Origin: Caldisericaceae bacterium
GTDB taxonomy: Bacteria; Caldisericota; Caldisericia; Caldisericales; Caldisericaceae
NCBI GenBank assembly: GCA_049967855.1
Contig: JBMFRX010000006.1
Span: forward strand, 1 to 64,000
DNA: 64,000 bases
Reading direction: 5' to 3'
Under the pieces are notes generated by a model, which was given only the letters and a program-made list of their open reading frames with translations, ran no database searches and had not been told where the DNA came from. The translations under genes were made by a program, and so were the position numbers. Within the stretch, counting starts at the first letter, position 1. Every line of letters begins with the position of its first letter. Shown here in pieces: positions 18,489-28,223 of this stretch.

Positions 18489-19493
18489 ATGAAACAATTC
18501 ATAATCAGGCGATTGCTTAATGTAGTGCTAATAATGTTTGCTGTTTCAATAATCATATTTCTTCTGATAAGGCTTGCCCCAGGCGACCCAGCAATAACAA
18601 TGGCAGGAGAGCATGCCTCAAAGGAGACGCTTGCTCATATGCGGGCAGAATGGGGTCTTGACAAGCCGCTGTTTATTCAGTACTTTATCTGGCTTGGACA
18701 TGCGCTCCGCGGCGACTTTGGACAGTCGATTCTTACGCATCAGTCGATTCTTGTTGAGATTGAACAACGCTTCCCAAACACATTGGAGCTTTCGATTTTT
18801 GCAATGATTTTTGCTACTGTAATCGGAGTGATTGCAGGGGTGATATCTGCCGTAAAACGCTACTCTGCTTTTGACTACGCAAGTATGTTTGTAGCGCTTT
18901 TTGGGGTTTCAATGCCAATATTCTGGCTTGCCATAATGCTAATTTTAGTTTTTAGTATTAAGTTGGACTTGCTTCCAACGGGTGGCCGACTTGACGTGTT
19001 CTACACTATCAGACCAATAACACATCTTTATCTTGTTGACAGCCTCATTGAACTCAATTTCCCTGCTTTTTTTAACGCCATAAAGCACTTAATACTGCCT
19101 TCTATCGCTCTTGGAACAATTCCAATGGCTTTTATTGCAAGGATAACGCGTTCAAGCATGCTTGATGTAATGAATCAGGATTACATAAGAACAGCACGTT
19201 CAAAGGGGCTCAAAGAAAACGCAGTTATCATAAAACATGCCTTAAGAAACGCTCTCATACCCATCTTAACTGCATCGGGCACAGAATTTGCAATGCTTAT
19301 GGGTGGAGCAGTCCTCACAGAGAGCATTTTCTATTGGCCAGGACTTGGGACTTACGTTGTCCAGGCTGTTTCAGCAAGAGATTATCCAGCAGTTCAGGGC
19401 GCAGTTATATTCATTGCAGTGATGGTTGCCCTTGTCAATTTGCTTGTCGATGTGCTTTATGCCTTTATAGATCCTCGAATCCGATATAGATAG
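18489..19493 (+). CDS. dppB: Peptide ABC permease
   Basis: PGDP, GLDKPL, EAA-loop DYIRTARSKGL, DPRIR. Confidence 0.9.
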   Translation: MKQFIIRRLLNVVLIMFAVSIIIFLLIRLAPGDPAITMAGEHASKETLAHMRAEWGLDKPLFIQYFIWLGHALRGDFGQSILTHQSILVEIEQRFPNTLELSIFAMIFATVIGVIAGVISAVKRYSAFDYASMFVALFGVSMPIFWLAIMLILVFSIKLDLLPTGGRLDVFYTIRPITHLYLVDSLIELNFPAFFNAIKHLILPSIALGTIPMAFIARITRSSMLDVMNQDYIRTARSKGLKENAVIIKHALRNALIPILTASGTEFAMLMGGAVLTESIFYWPGLGTYVVQAVSARDYPAVQGAVIFIAVMVALVNLLVDVLYAFIDPRIRYR

Positions 19494-19501
19494 GTGCTGA
19501 A

Positions 19502-20368
19502 ATGGAAAATTCTATCTTTATGGAAACTATAAGATTCTTGAGAAAGAATAAGTCAGCAATATTTGGACTTGTTCTCATACTGGTTTTTATTTTTCTTGCG
19601 TTTGCAGCCCCGTTAATTGCTCCCCACAACCCAATTGCACAGGATTTAGCAAACAATTTGAAGCCTGGTTTTTGGGCTGGCAATAACAACAATTTGTTGG
19701 GGACAGACAATTTTGGCAGAGACATTCTCAGCAGAATAATATACGGAGCAAGAATTTCTTTAACTGTCGGATTAATTGCAGTTGTTATTGGCATACTTCT
19801 CGGAATGACAGCAGGCATACTTGCAGGATTTTTGGGAGGCTGGGTTGATAACCTCATTATGAGGATAATTGATATAATGTTCTCTCTGCCATCGATTCTT
19901 CTTGCTATTGTTATCGTGGCAATTTTAGGAAGAGGGCTTGACAAGGCTATGATTGCAATAGGTATCACTTACGCGCCTCAAATTGCAAGGATTGTTAGGT
20001 CTCAGACTATAATGGTTTCTAACAATGAATACATAGAGGCGGCACGTGCAATTGGTACTCCAAGTCTTAGAACTATGGTTGTTCACGTTCTTCCGAATGT
20101 AATGTCAGTTCTCATAGTCTACGGGACGCTCAGTATAGGAAGCGCTATTCTTGATGCAGCTGCTCTTGGGTTTTTGGGACTTGGTGCGCAACCTCCTACT
20201 CCTGAGTGGGGTGCGATGCTTGCTGACGGAATTCACTCTATTACTGGTGGTTATTGGTGGGTTGAGACTTTCCCTGGTATAGCAATCCTCTTGACAGTGC
20301 TGGGTTTCAATCTTCTGGGCGATGGATTGCGAGATGCAACTGACCCGAGGCTAAGGAAAAAAGTTTAG
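19502..20368 (+). CDS. dppC: Peptide ABC permease
   Basis: LLGTDNFGRDILSRIIYGARISL, EYIEAARAIG, PEWG, GDGLRDATDPR. Confidence 0.9.
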   Translation: MENSIFMETIRFLRKNKSAIFGLVLILVFIFLAFAAPLIAPHNPIAQDLANNLKPGFWAGNNNNLLGTDNFGRDILSRIIYGARISLTVGLIAVVIGILLGMTAGILAGFLGGWVDNLIMRIIDIMFSLPSILLAIVIVAILGRGLDKAMIAIGITYAPQIARIVRSQTIMVSNNEYIEAARAIGTPSLRTMVVHVLPNVMSVLIVYGTLSIGSAILDAAALGFLGLGAQPPTPEWGAMLADGIHSITGGYWWVETFPGIAILLTVLGFNLLGDGLRDATDPRLRKKV

Positions 20369-20409
20369 CTTGCAAAAAACCTGTCAATATAATAAAATGT
20401 GGAGGTGAG

Positions 20410-20802
20410 ATGATGAAGAAAATAAGTTTCTTTTTAATAACGATGCTTTTGCTGCTTGTTGTTTCTCTAATTTTTGTTTATCAGAATAGCAATGCTACAG
20501 CACAGCTTAAGTTTTTCAGCTGGTCAATCCCTGAGGTTTCGGTTGGAGTCCTTGTTTTGTTCTCAATTATTGCTGGAGTGTTGATTATGTGGCTTATCTC
20601 GGTAGTTGTTTATATTGGGAACAGTTCAAAATTCAGAAGGTCTCTAAAGGAAAAAGACAACTTGCTCAGAGTAGCAAAGGAAGAGAAAGATTCGCTTGTT
20701 GAAGAGTTATCAAGGCTGAAACTTGAGTTACAGGGCAAGACTACAGAGGGGCAATCTTCGAGTTCGGCAGGTAAGCCAGTCAGCAATGAACCAAAAGAAT
20801 AA
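20410..20802 (+). CDS. LapA/DUF1049-family membrane protein
   Basis: Two TMs with F..QN...V.L.F..W pattern and a coiled-coil tail. Confidence 0.65.
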   Translation: MMKKISFFLITMLLLLVVSLIFVYQNSNATAQLKFFSWSIPEVSVGVLVLFSIIAGVLIMWLISVVVYIGNSSKFRRSLKEKDNLLRVAKEEKDSLVEELSRLKLELQGKTTEGQSSSSAGKPVSNEPKE

Positions 20803-21328
20803 ACTGAGATATTTTGTTAGAGCTTCTGTTATAGCAGCTTTGTATTTTGCAATCACTTATTTTACAAGGCCAATTTCCTTTGGCAGTGTTCAGGTGAGAA
20901 TTGCAGAGTCTCTCACGGTGCTGCCTTTTATTTTTCCTGAAGCTGTGCTTGGATTAACTTTAGGTTGTTTTCTTGCCAATATTTTCTCTCCGTTTGGACC
21001 TATTGATATGATACTTGGCACAACTCTTACATTTCTAGCGGCAGTTATGACAATGTGGCTTGGAAAGATAAAAGCACCTAAATACCTTGCTCCTATTCCT
21101 CCAGTCCTGATAAACGGATTTGGCGTTTCGTTGTATGTGGTTTCGCTGGCAGGACTTGCAGGCAATGTCAGTTTGAGAGATTTTTCTAAAATTTTTGTTA
21201 ATTTTAAGCCGCTTCCATACTTTGCAGCGGTTTTATCAATAGGAATAGGGGAGGCTGTAGCAGCTTTTGCGCTTGGTTTGCCTCTATTAAACGCACTTCA
21301 AAGGAGATTCGGCAATTATGAAATATAA
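20786..21328 (+). CDS. queT: QueT-family ECF S component
   Basis: IAALY, PISFGSVQVRIAE.L, GC.LAN..SPFG.ID. Confidence 0.8.
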   Translation: MNQKNKLRYFVRASVIAALYFAITYFTRPISFGSVQVRIAESLTVLPFIFPEAVLGLTLGCFLANIFSPFGPIDMILGTTLTFLAAVMTMWLGKIKAPKYLAPIPPVLINGFGVSLYVVSLAGLAGNVSLRDFSKIFVNFKPLPYFAAVLSIGIGEAVAAFALGLPLLNALQRRFGNYEI

Positions 21329-22160
21329 TTTCGCTTTAGGACAGATTAATCCAATACTAGGTAACCTGAGGGAGAATCTCAACAAGCACTTATCTTTCAT
21401 TGATGCAGCAGCCAAAGAGAATGCGGATTTGATTGTTTTCCCTGAATTAAGCCTTTCTGGATATTATCTGAAGGACCTGGCGATGGAAGTGGCTTTGAGC
21501 ATAAACGACAAGCTACTTGCGCCCCTTAAAGAAAAGAGTAAAGCACTTGACATAGTTTTCGGCTTTGTAGAGCGCGGCGAGGATGCTAATATTTACAACT
21601 CTGCGATGTATCTTTCTAAGGGAGAGGTGGTTCACGTTCACAGGAAAATCTACCTGCCAACACACGGGATGTTTGAAGAATTGAGATTTATGAACAGGGG
21701 AAGCGAAGTCAAAACATTTGGCACGCGGTTTGGTAAGGCAACAATGCTCATTTGCAGAGACTTCTTTCACCCGTCCTTGTTATTTCTTGCCTCTGCTCAG
21801 GCAAGTGATTTTGTGATTGTGCCAAGCAATATGCCACTTAGAGGGCTTAATGGAGAAAAACCTGGAATTCAGGTTACTGTTGAAAATGCATCGAGCACCT
21901 ACAGCAATTTCTTTAGCACATTTGTTGTATATGTAAATAGAGTTGGTTTTGATGACGGGCTCGGTTTTTATGGAGGGTCTTTTATCCAGAGCCCTTCCGG
22001 AGAGAAGGTTTGTAGCGCAGATATTCTTGAGGAGCAGATTGTGTTTGGAACAATAGACTCAGAAGATGTTTACCGAAAGAGGCAATCATTCCCTTTAGCA
22101 AGAGAAGAGGATTTAAACATAGTTAGTAAAAACCTTTCAAAGATTCTGGAGGATAAATAA
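21318..22160 (+). CDS. Nitrilase-superfamily amidohydrolase (stand-alone glutaminase subunit of NAD synthetase)
   Basis: FPELSLSGY, HRKIYLP..G.FEE.R and LIC.D give the E-K-C triad; coupled to nadE. Confidence 0.85.
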   Translation: MKYNFALGQINPILGNLRENLNKHLSFIDAAAKENADLIVFPELSLSGYYLKDLAMEVALSINDKLLAPLKEKSKALDIVFGFVERGEDANIYNSAMYLSKGEVVHVHRKIYLPTHGMFEELRFMNRGSEVKTFGTRFGKATMLICRDFFHPSLLFLASAQASDFVIVPSNMPLRGLNGEKPGIQVTVENASSTYSNFFSTFVVYVNRVGFDDGLGFYGGSFIQSPSGEKVCSADILEEQIVFGTIDSEDVYRKRQSFPLAREEDLNIVSKNLSKILEDK

Positions 22161-22981
22161 TGGCCGCTCTTGATTTGAATTATGAATTGGTAGAAAGATT
22201 CATCACGCTCTTTATAAGAGAGGAGTCTTTGAGTAACAAGTTGAAAAAGTCTGTTGTAGGTGTTTCTGGTGGAATCGATTCTGCCCTTGTTGCTGCACTG
22301 GCAGTTAAGGCTCTGGGCAAGAAAAACGTTTTTGGTTTTATTTTGCCTTATAAGTTGAGTTCCAATGAGTCTACTGAGGATGCAGTAATGATGTGCAAGA
22401 ACCTTGACATTTCTTATGAAATAATCGATATCTCTGAAATTGCTGACAGTTACTTTAAGCACAACCCTGATATTGAGAAAATAAGGTTGGGGAACTACCT
22501 TTCACGTACAAGAATGAGTATTTTGTTTGACAAGGCAAGAGAACACGATGCTATCGTGCTTGGCACGAGCAATAAGAGTGAAATAATGCTTGGTTACAGC
22601 ACCTGGTACGGGGATATGGCTGCAGGTATTTACCCAATTGGAGACTTGTACAAGACTCAGGTCTTTGCACTCTCTAAATACATCGGAATACCAGATAAAA
22701 TCGTTAGAAAAGAACCTACCGCAGACCTATGGCCTGGACAGAGAGACGAAGATGAACTTGGAGCTCCTTACAAAACTCTTGACGAGATTCTTTACTGTTT
22801 CATCGATGAGAGAAGAAAAGAGGAAGAGATCGTCTCTTTTGGCTTTGATAAAGAGATTGTGCATAACACAATCAGGCGAGTATACGGCACTCAGTTCAAA
22901 CGAACACTTCCTCCTGTTGCAAAGTTTTCTGCCCGAACATTAGGACTTGATTTTCTTTATCCTCACGACATCAACAGATAG
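22160..22981 (+). CDS. nadE: NAD+ synthetase
   Basis: GVSGGIDSA, GTSNKSE, GYSTWYGD, DLYKT, PTADLW.GQ.DE. Confidence 0.95.
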   Translation: MAALDLNYELVERFITLFIREESLSNKLKKSVVGVSGGIDSALVAALAVKALGKKNVFGFILPYKLSSNESTEDAVMMCKNLDISYEIIDISEIADSYFKHNPDIEKIRLGNYLSRTRMSILFDKAREHDAIVLGTSNKSEIMLGYSTWYGDMAAGIYPIGDLYKTQVFALSKYIGIPDKIVRKEPTADLWPGQRDEDELGAPYKTLDEILYCFIDERRKEEEIVSFGFDKEIVHNTIRRVYGTQFKRTLPPVAKFSARTLGLDFLYPHDINR

Positions 22982-22982
22982 C

Positions 22983-23354
22983 CTAAAGGATTTTTTCTAT
23001 TTCCTGTATTCCTTTCTTGATAGAGTACAGCGCCATTCCAAGCTTTGCGTCTTTGTTTGTTACTACCATTAATGCTGCAAGGTTCTTTATGCCGGTTGTG
23101 ATTATGTAGCCGCTTTCTCCTTTCACATAGGCTTGTTCCAGGAGACCCTTGTTTAGCTCTTCTGATGTTCTTTCTCCAAGAGCTAATATCGTAGCAGAGA
23201 GTGCAGCAACTCTGTCTTCCTCTGCATCAGATGGAAGCAAACTTGCAATGGGAAGGCCGTCAAGGCTAACGACTGCCAGTGCTTCGATATCTGGATTGTC
23301 TGATTTCATCGATTTTAAAATTTCGATGATTTGAGCTGGTTTGTTTGTAATCAT
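22983..23354 (-). CDS. Roadblock/LC7 (MglB-like) protein
   Basis: AVVSLDGLPIAS...RVAALSA..L.LGER...L.KG.L pattern. Confidence 0.85.
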   Translation of the reverse strand: MITNKPAQIIEILKSMKSDNPDIEALAVVSLDGLPIASLLPSDAEEDRVAALSATILALGERTSEELNKGLLEQAYVKGESGYIITTGIKNLAALMVVTNKDAKLGMALYSIKKGIQEIEKIL

Positions 23355-23392
23355 GTTACCTCCTTAATTTTAATTTATTGTAACCAAAAATG

Positions 23393-23926
23393 CTATTTTT
23401 GCAATTGTTCTTTTGAATTATCCTGTGCATTTAGAGGGCTTCCACTGAGAATCTTAACTGTGGCAAAAGCAATAAGTGAGAAAAACGTATTCCCTAATAA
23501 TTGATTCCTGAGGAAGGGCAATCCTGCAGCAAGGCAGTCAAAATATCCTACGAGTGCTTTAGGATAGAAATTGAACAGCACAAATACGAGAGAATTCGTC
23601 ACCAGAAAGAACGCAATTGTGCCAAGAATCTCCATAGAAAATATCTTTGCTAAACTCTTGCCTGCAAAAACTCTTTGAGTTAGCCCAGCAGTAATCCAAC
23701 CAGCAATTACTATTAACTCCCAACTTTGCGGAGTTCCAGATTTGATAAAATCGGTGAGTAAAACTATGCCGAGCACTGAGGGAATGGCAACAGATGAACC
23801 GAGTAGAATTGTAATTACGACCATTGCGGTTGAGATGAATTCAATATTTGGAATTTTCAAGGGAATAAACCTTGCTCCTGCTGCAACTGCTGTAAAAAAA
23901 ACTGCTACTAAGATTTTTTTCTTCAT
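23393..23926 (-). CDS. DUF6580/ECF S-component-like membrane protein
   Basis: R..P..PN, FFLVTN, Y.....G...C..AGLPF.RN motifs. Confidence 0.65.
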   Translation of the reverse strand: MKKKILVAVFFTAVAAGARFIPLKIPNIEFISTAMVVITILLGSSVAIPSVLGIVLLTDFIKSGTPQSWELIVIAGWITAGLTQRVFAGKSLAKIFSMEILGTIAFFLVTNSLVFVLFNFYPKALVGYFDCLAAGLPFLRNQLLGNTFFSLIAFATVKILSGSPLNAQDNSKEQLQK

Positions 23927-23939
23927 CGGCGCTCCTTAA

Positions 23940-25055
23940 TTATATATTGTTTATTAACTTTGCAAGTAATAAAATTATGCGTAGTTCTGGGTGTTGTGAG
24001 TTTGCAACCCTTTGATACACTTCCCTATAGGATATGTAGCCTTGCTTGGCTTCTTCTAAGGCCATTCTGAGCGTGCTTTGCTTCACGATGACCTTTTTTG
24101 TTAGCCATAAAAATGGATAGAACATTGTTGAGAGGAGCTTGGCATAGCGGAATTCCTGATATATTTTTTGGTCGAGCTGCTCATTATAAGAGTCAATTGA
24201 AGAACTGCCCGAAACGAGGGCTCTCTTTATTACTGAAGATAGTATTTTAGACGATGCAATTCCTGAGTAGATTCCTGCTGCCGAGAATGGGTCAACAATA
24301 GAACCAGCTTCTCCCACCAGTGCAACCCTATTTTTCGTAAGCGTTTCTACCCCATTCCATATCGAAATTGGAAAGATATGCGGCTTCAGGTGCGGGTTAT
24401 CGGCAAATTTGTTCATCGTACCTCTTACAAAGCTTCCCTTCACTGCTCCTGAGCCTATGGAAACGGAGTCACTTTTCGGAAAGGTCCATCCGTAGCCCAT
24501 TCTGTTGAATCCGAGGAATATTTTGGCAACCTGATTCGAAGTTGCTGAAACCGTTGTTTCTGCCTCTTCGGCTACTATGAAATAGGGTTTGTAGTGAAAG
24601 TTTGCAACTCTTCTTACAGCGCTACCCACTCCGTCTGCTCCTATGAGGAACTTTGCTGTGTATGTCTCCCTGTCGGTTCTTGCGGTGATTCCATTTTTTG
24701 TTTCTTCGTAAGTTACAAAGTTTTCGTTATATTTTACATCTAAGCCAGTTCTCAAAAACTCATCGAAAGATGCTCTTTTAACGCCAAACATAAATGGTGA
24801 CTTGTCTGAAACCTCTGTGTGCAAAAGGTTTTTGTAGTTGACGCTCAGGGTGCTATAATTGGTTCTCTCAAAACCAGCGAGATATTCAGGGAGTATGTCG
24901 TTTATAGCAAGTGGTAATGCCCCAGCGCAGACTTTATCTCTGAAACGAGAAGCTTTCTCGATAATAATGCTATCAATGCCGTTAGCTTTCAAATAATGAG
25001 AAAGCATTGTCCCTGATGGCCCTGACCCAATTATTAAAACAGTAGTTTTTTCCAT
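23940..25055 (-). CDS. Geranylgeranyl-reductase-family FAD oxidoreductase
   Basis: GSGPSG, RDKVCAG, IGADG, GYGWTFPK, GEAG.IVDP...GI. Confidence 0.8.
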   Translation of the reverse strand: MEKTTVLIIGSGPSGTMLSHYLKANGIDSIIIEKASRFRDKVCAGALPLAINDILPEYLAGFERTNYSTLSVNYKNLLHTEVSDKSPFMFGVKRASFDEFLRTGLDVKYNENFVTYEETKNGITARTDRETYTAKFLIGADGVGSAVRRVANFHYKPYFIVAEEAETTVSATSNQVAKIFLGFNRMGYGWTFPKSDSVSIGSGAVKGSFVRGTMNKFADNPHLKPHIFPISIWNGVETLTKNRVALVGEAGSIVDPFSAAGIYSGIASSKILSSVIKRALVSGSSSIDSYNEQLDQKIYQEFRYAKLLSTMFYPFLWLTKKVIVKQSTLRMALEEAKQGYISYREVYQRVANSQHPELRIILLLAKLINNI

Positions 25056-25062
25056 AGTTTCT

Positions 25063-25152
25063 TGGCGGAGAGAGTGGGATTTGAACCCACGAGAAGGTTG
25101 CCCTTCTACCTGATTTCGAGTCAGGCGCTTTCAACCGCTCAGCCACCTCTCC
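25063..25152 (-). tRNA. tRNA-Ser(CGA)
   Basis: GGAGAGG...CCTGA-CT CGA AA-TCAGG, long variable arm, GGGTTCAAATCCC, CTCTCCGCCA. Confidence 0.96.
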
Positions 25153-25395
25153 GTTGATATTATATATAATTTTTGATTTTGGAGAACTGTTATGAAGTAT
25201 TTTTGCGGGCTTTTATTTTAAGTTCTCATTGAGGTTTAGTGGTAGCAATTGAAAATTGTCTTTGAAAGGAAGCTTGATTCCAGGAATTCTGGCGCCGAAT
25301 TCCCTGCTTTTGCCAGTTTTCAGGTTGAGTGTTTTTAGCACTGAATGCAACACCCATAAACTTTACAAAAATATTAAATCTGGTAAAATTTTGAT

Positions 25396-26346
25396 GTGCT
25401 TTACGATTTAGTTAGCAAGGATTTTGATTTTAATACCGAAACCACTTTTGAGAATGGTTTGTATTCTATCATAAAGCTTTCTCAGGAGACTTTGGTTCCA
25501 AGCAATGACCCTGTTAATGATACAAATGTGGGTTACCTGTATTTGCCAAAAAACATAAAATCGCACAAGCCAGTTATTGTGGTTCATGGTATGGGCTCGC
25601 GCAATCTTCCTCATCTTTCTTATTACACAAGGAAATTTGCAAGCAGAGGAATCCCTTCCATTATGCCTATTCTTCCTTATCATTATGATAGAGCTGGCAA
25701 AGGAGATGCTTTTGGAAGGCCTTTTTTGCTCGATGATATGGATGACTCAATAAGAGATTTCAGACAGGCTGTTGTTGACATTCGTGCATTGCTTGAAGTT
25801 TTAGTTAGAATGGGAGTTTCAGATGGGAACTTCTCTCTCATCACTTTCAGTTTTGGCGGAATGATTGGTGTCATTCTTATGGGAGTTGAGGATAAAATCA
25901 AGGAAGGCGTTTTTGTTGCAACTGGTGGAAACTACAGATACATAACCTGGGAAAGCCTTGCTACAAGGACTTTAAGGAAAAAATACGAAATACAATCGAA
26001 CAATCTTGTTTATGGGTGTAACAAGGAAAAGTGCATACAGCTTCACAAGGATTACGCGATGTTTCTTGGCAAAATCAGCTCAGCACTCGATATCGAAAGC
26101 CTTAATTTTCCAAAGGGATGTTACCTTTTTGACCCTCTGACTTTTGCCCCTCTTCTCAAAGGCAGGAAAGTTTTGATTTATAGGGCTTTGTTTGATGAAA
26201 TTATACCAAAAGAAGCAACAGAAGAATTGTGGAAATACGCAGGAAAGCCACGAATGAAAACACTGTTTTCAGACCATTATCTTACTATACTTTACAGAAA
26301 AATGATTTTTGAAGATGCTACGAAATTATTTGGAGGTGATTTATGA
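25396..26346 (+). CDS. Alpha/beta-hydrolase family protein
   Basis: VIVVHG, LPYH..R, TFSFGG nucleophile elbow, DEII and C-terminal DH. Confidence 0.75.
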   Translation: MLYDLVSKDFDFNTETTFENGLYSIIKLSQETLVPSNDPVNDTNVGYLYLPKNIKSHKPVIVVHGMGSRNLPHLSYYTRKFASRGIPSIMPILPYHYDRAGKGDAFGRPFLLDDMDDSIRDFRQAVVDIRALLEVLVRMGVSDGNFSLITFSFGGMIGVILMGVEDKIKEGVFVATGGNYRYITWESLATRTLRKKYEIQSNNLVYGCNKEKCIQLHKDYAMFLGKISSALDIESLNFPKGCYLFDPLTFAPLLKGRKVLIYRALFDEIIPKEATEELWKYAGKPRMKTLFSDHYLTILYRKMIFEDATKLFGGDL

Positions 26347-26816
26347 AAATCTATGCATTATGCGATATCGACTCTTTGAAAGTTGCAAGCGACTACAAGA
26401 TAAACTTTGAGAACTGGGTTAATTTTGTTTACAAACAATCTGAGGTAGGGGCTAAGGGAGTCGTGCTTTACGGTAAGTCAAAGAAAGCACTTTCAGCCGT
26501 GTTTGAATACCTCAAAGATAGGCTGGACATCCCCGTTTTTATATATGGAGAGGGTATTGTTGTTAAAAGCGTGAGACTAGCTTATAAGAAAGATGACCTT
26601 TGCTCTTTAAGGGATTTGAAACTTAAAGATAAAGTGCAAATTGTCCTTGTGAGGAACTCGGAAATTCTAAGACACTTTGCATCTGAGAAAAGCAATCTTC
26701 CTGAGCTTATATCTGTTATCACGGCAGTTGCATTTAGGAAAGGGGCGAGGGTATTGATTACTGAGGAGACTCAAAGCGCTGTTAAAGCTCTCAGTGCAAT
26801 CAAAAAATTGTCATAA
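26343..26816 (+). CDS. Hypothetical protein with a degenerate pterin-binding (FolP-like) C-terminus
   Basis: ATGA overlap with the upstream gene; the end TAVAFRKGARVLITEETQSAVKAL resembles the DHPS C-terminus. Confidence 0.5.
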   Translation: MKIYALCDIDSLKVASDYKINFENWVNFVYKQSEVGAKGVVLYGKSKKALSAVFEYLKDRLDIPVFIYGEGIVVKSVRLAYKKDDLCSLRDLKLKDKVQIVLVRNSEILRHFASEKSNLPELISVITAVAFRKGARVLITEETQSAVKALSAIKKLS

Positions 26817-27842
26817 CTTTGCGAGTATTGTTTTCTCAAACGGAGGGTAGATTACGCCGTTTTCAGTTATTATTGCAGTTATAAGATTATTTGGTGTTAC
26901 ATCGAAAGAAAAATTGTATACCTCTATTCCATTTGGTGCAATTCGTTTGCCACCGCAACTTGTTACCTCATCAGGTGGCCTTTCCTCTATAGGGATATCT
27001 TTCCCAGACTTGGTTGCCAAATCGATAGTTGAAGTTGGAGCGGCAACGTAGAAAGGTATGTTGTGAAATTTCGCAAGAACTGCGAGCATATATGTTCCGA
27101 TTTTATTAGCTGTGTCACCGTTTGCAGCAATCCTGTCGGCTCCTGATATTACAGCATTTACAAGCCCCTTTGACATTACAAAAGCGGCAGTGTTATCGGT
27201 TATCAACTTAAATGGAATTCCTTCTTCCTTCAGTTCAAATGCAGTTAGTCGTGCCCCTTGAAGATACGGACGCGTCTCAAGAGCGATCACTTTTATGTTG
27301 TGATACTTTTCGTGAGATCTTGCAATAACTGAGAAAGCAGTTCCATATTTAACTGTGGCAAGGTTGCCTGTATTACAAATTGTCATTATGGTGTCGTTGT
27401 CTTTAAACAGCGCAGAGCCGTTAATCCCAAGTTTATAGTTACGCTCAACGTCTTCTTCTTCCATTAACTCTGCTTCATTGAGAACGTAGTCTTTAAGTTC
27501 CTTGGTGGAAGCATAACTCCTGGCAAGTGTTTTGGAGACAATGCGCTGGGTTGCCCATTGCAAATTCACAGCAGTTGGGCGTGCGCTATCAAGGTAGGAT
27601 TTTAGTTCTTTGAGCTTCTCGGAAACGGAAGCAGTCGTACCTTCTACGGTGGAAATGCCTAAATACATGCCATACGCTGCAGCGACACCGATTGCGGGAG
27701 CCCCTCTGATTTTCATTAAATTGATTGCTTCCCAAACGTCTCTTTCATTGGAGCAGGGCGCATCAACAACTTCAAATGGAAGATACCTCTGGTCAATTAT
27801 ATGAAGTATCTTTCCATCGAAGCTTAAAGACTTTACTTCCAT
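26811..27842 (-). CDS. mtnA: S-methyl-5-thioribose-1-phosphate isomerase
   Basis: IDQRYLP, IRGAPAIG, ARPTAVNL, CNTGNLAT, ETRPYLQGARLT, ANKIGTY. Confidence 0.94.
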   Translation of the reverse strand: MEVKSLSFDGKILHIIDQRYLPFEVVDAPCSNERDVWEAINLMKIRGAPAIGVAAAYGMYLGISTVEGTTASVSEKLKELKSYLDSARPTAVNLQWATQRIVSKTLARSYASTKELKDYVLNEAELMEEEDVERNYKLGINGSALFKDNDTIMTICNTGNLATVKYGTAFSVIARSHEKYHNIKVIALETRPYLQGARLTAFELKEEGIPFKLITDNTAAFVMSKGLVNAVISGADRIAANGDTANKIGTYMLAVLAKFHNIPFYVAAPTSTIDLATKSGKDIPIEERPPDEVTSCGGKRIAPNGIEVYNFSFDVTPNNLITAIITENGVIYPPFEKTILAKL

Positions 27843-28021
27843 TATACTTTGTATTTCTTAAGACAATCCGTGCAGACAAGGGCTTCTCTTACTTCGCCAT
27901 TTATCAGCACCTTGGCCTTGTGCAAATTGGGCAAAGATCTTTTCTTTGTTTTACGGTGGGAGTGGCTCATCTCATTTCCAACAAGAGGTCCCTTTCCACA
28001 TATTTCACACTTCTTACTCAT
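27842..28021 (-). CDS. rpmB: 50S ribosomal protein L28 (Zn-ribbon form; absent from ORF track)
   Basis: [33 protein letters not shown]...[23 protein letters not shown] overlap with mtnA. Confidence 0.95.
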   Translation of the reverse strand: MSKKCEICGKGPLVGNEMSHSHRKTKKRSLPNLHKAKVLINGEVREALVCTDCLKKYKV

Positions 28022-28223
28022 AGTATTACCTCCACTATTTTTTCTCTTATAAACCTCTATATTTTAAAGAAAAATTAAATAAAATCAAGATGTTGAAGTA
28101 TGTTTTTTTGTTTGACCCGTTTCTTCTGGGTTGCAAAGGGGCTCTTTTCCTTTCATTTGAGGAGTTTATTTTGCTATGGTGGAATAATCTTTATTGGACT
28201 CAATCCTCATTGAGCGGCATTTT

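Noticed and set aside
25281..25303. Hairpin GGAATTC-N7-GAATTCC in the tRNA-Ser/hydrolase intergenic region
   Set aside because: An isolated short palindrome with no second copy seen and no family match.
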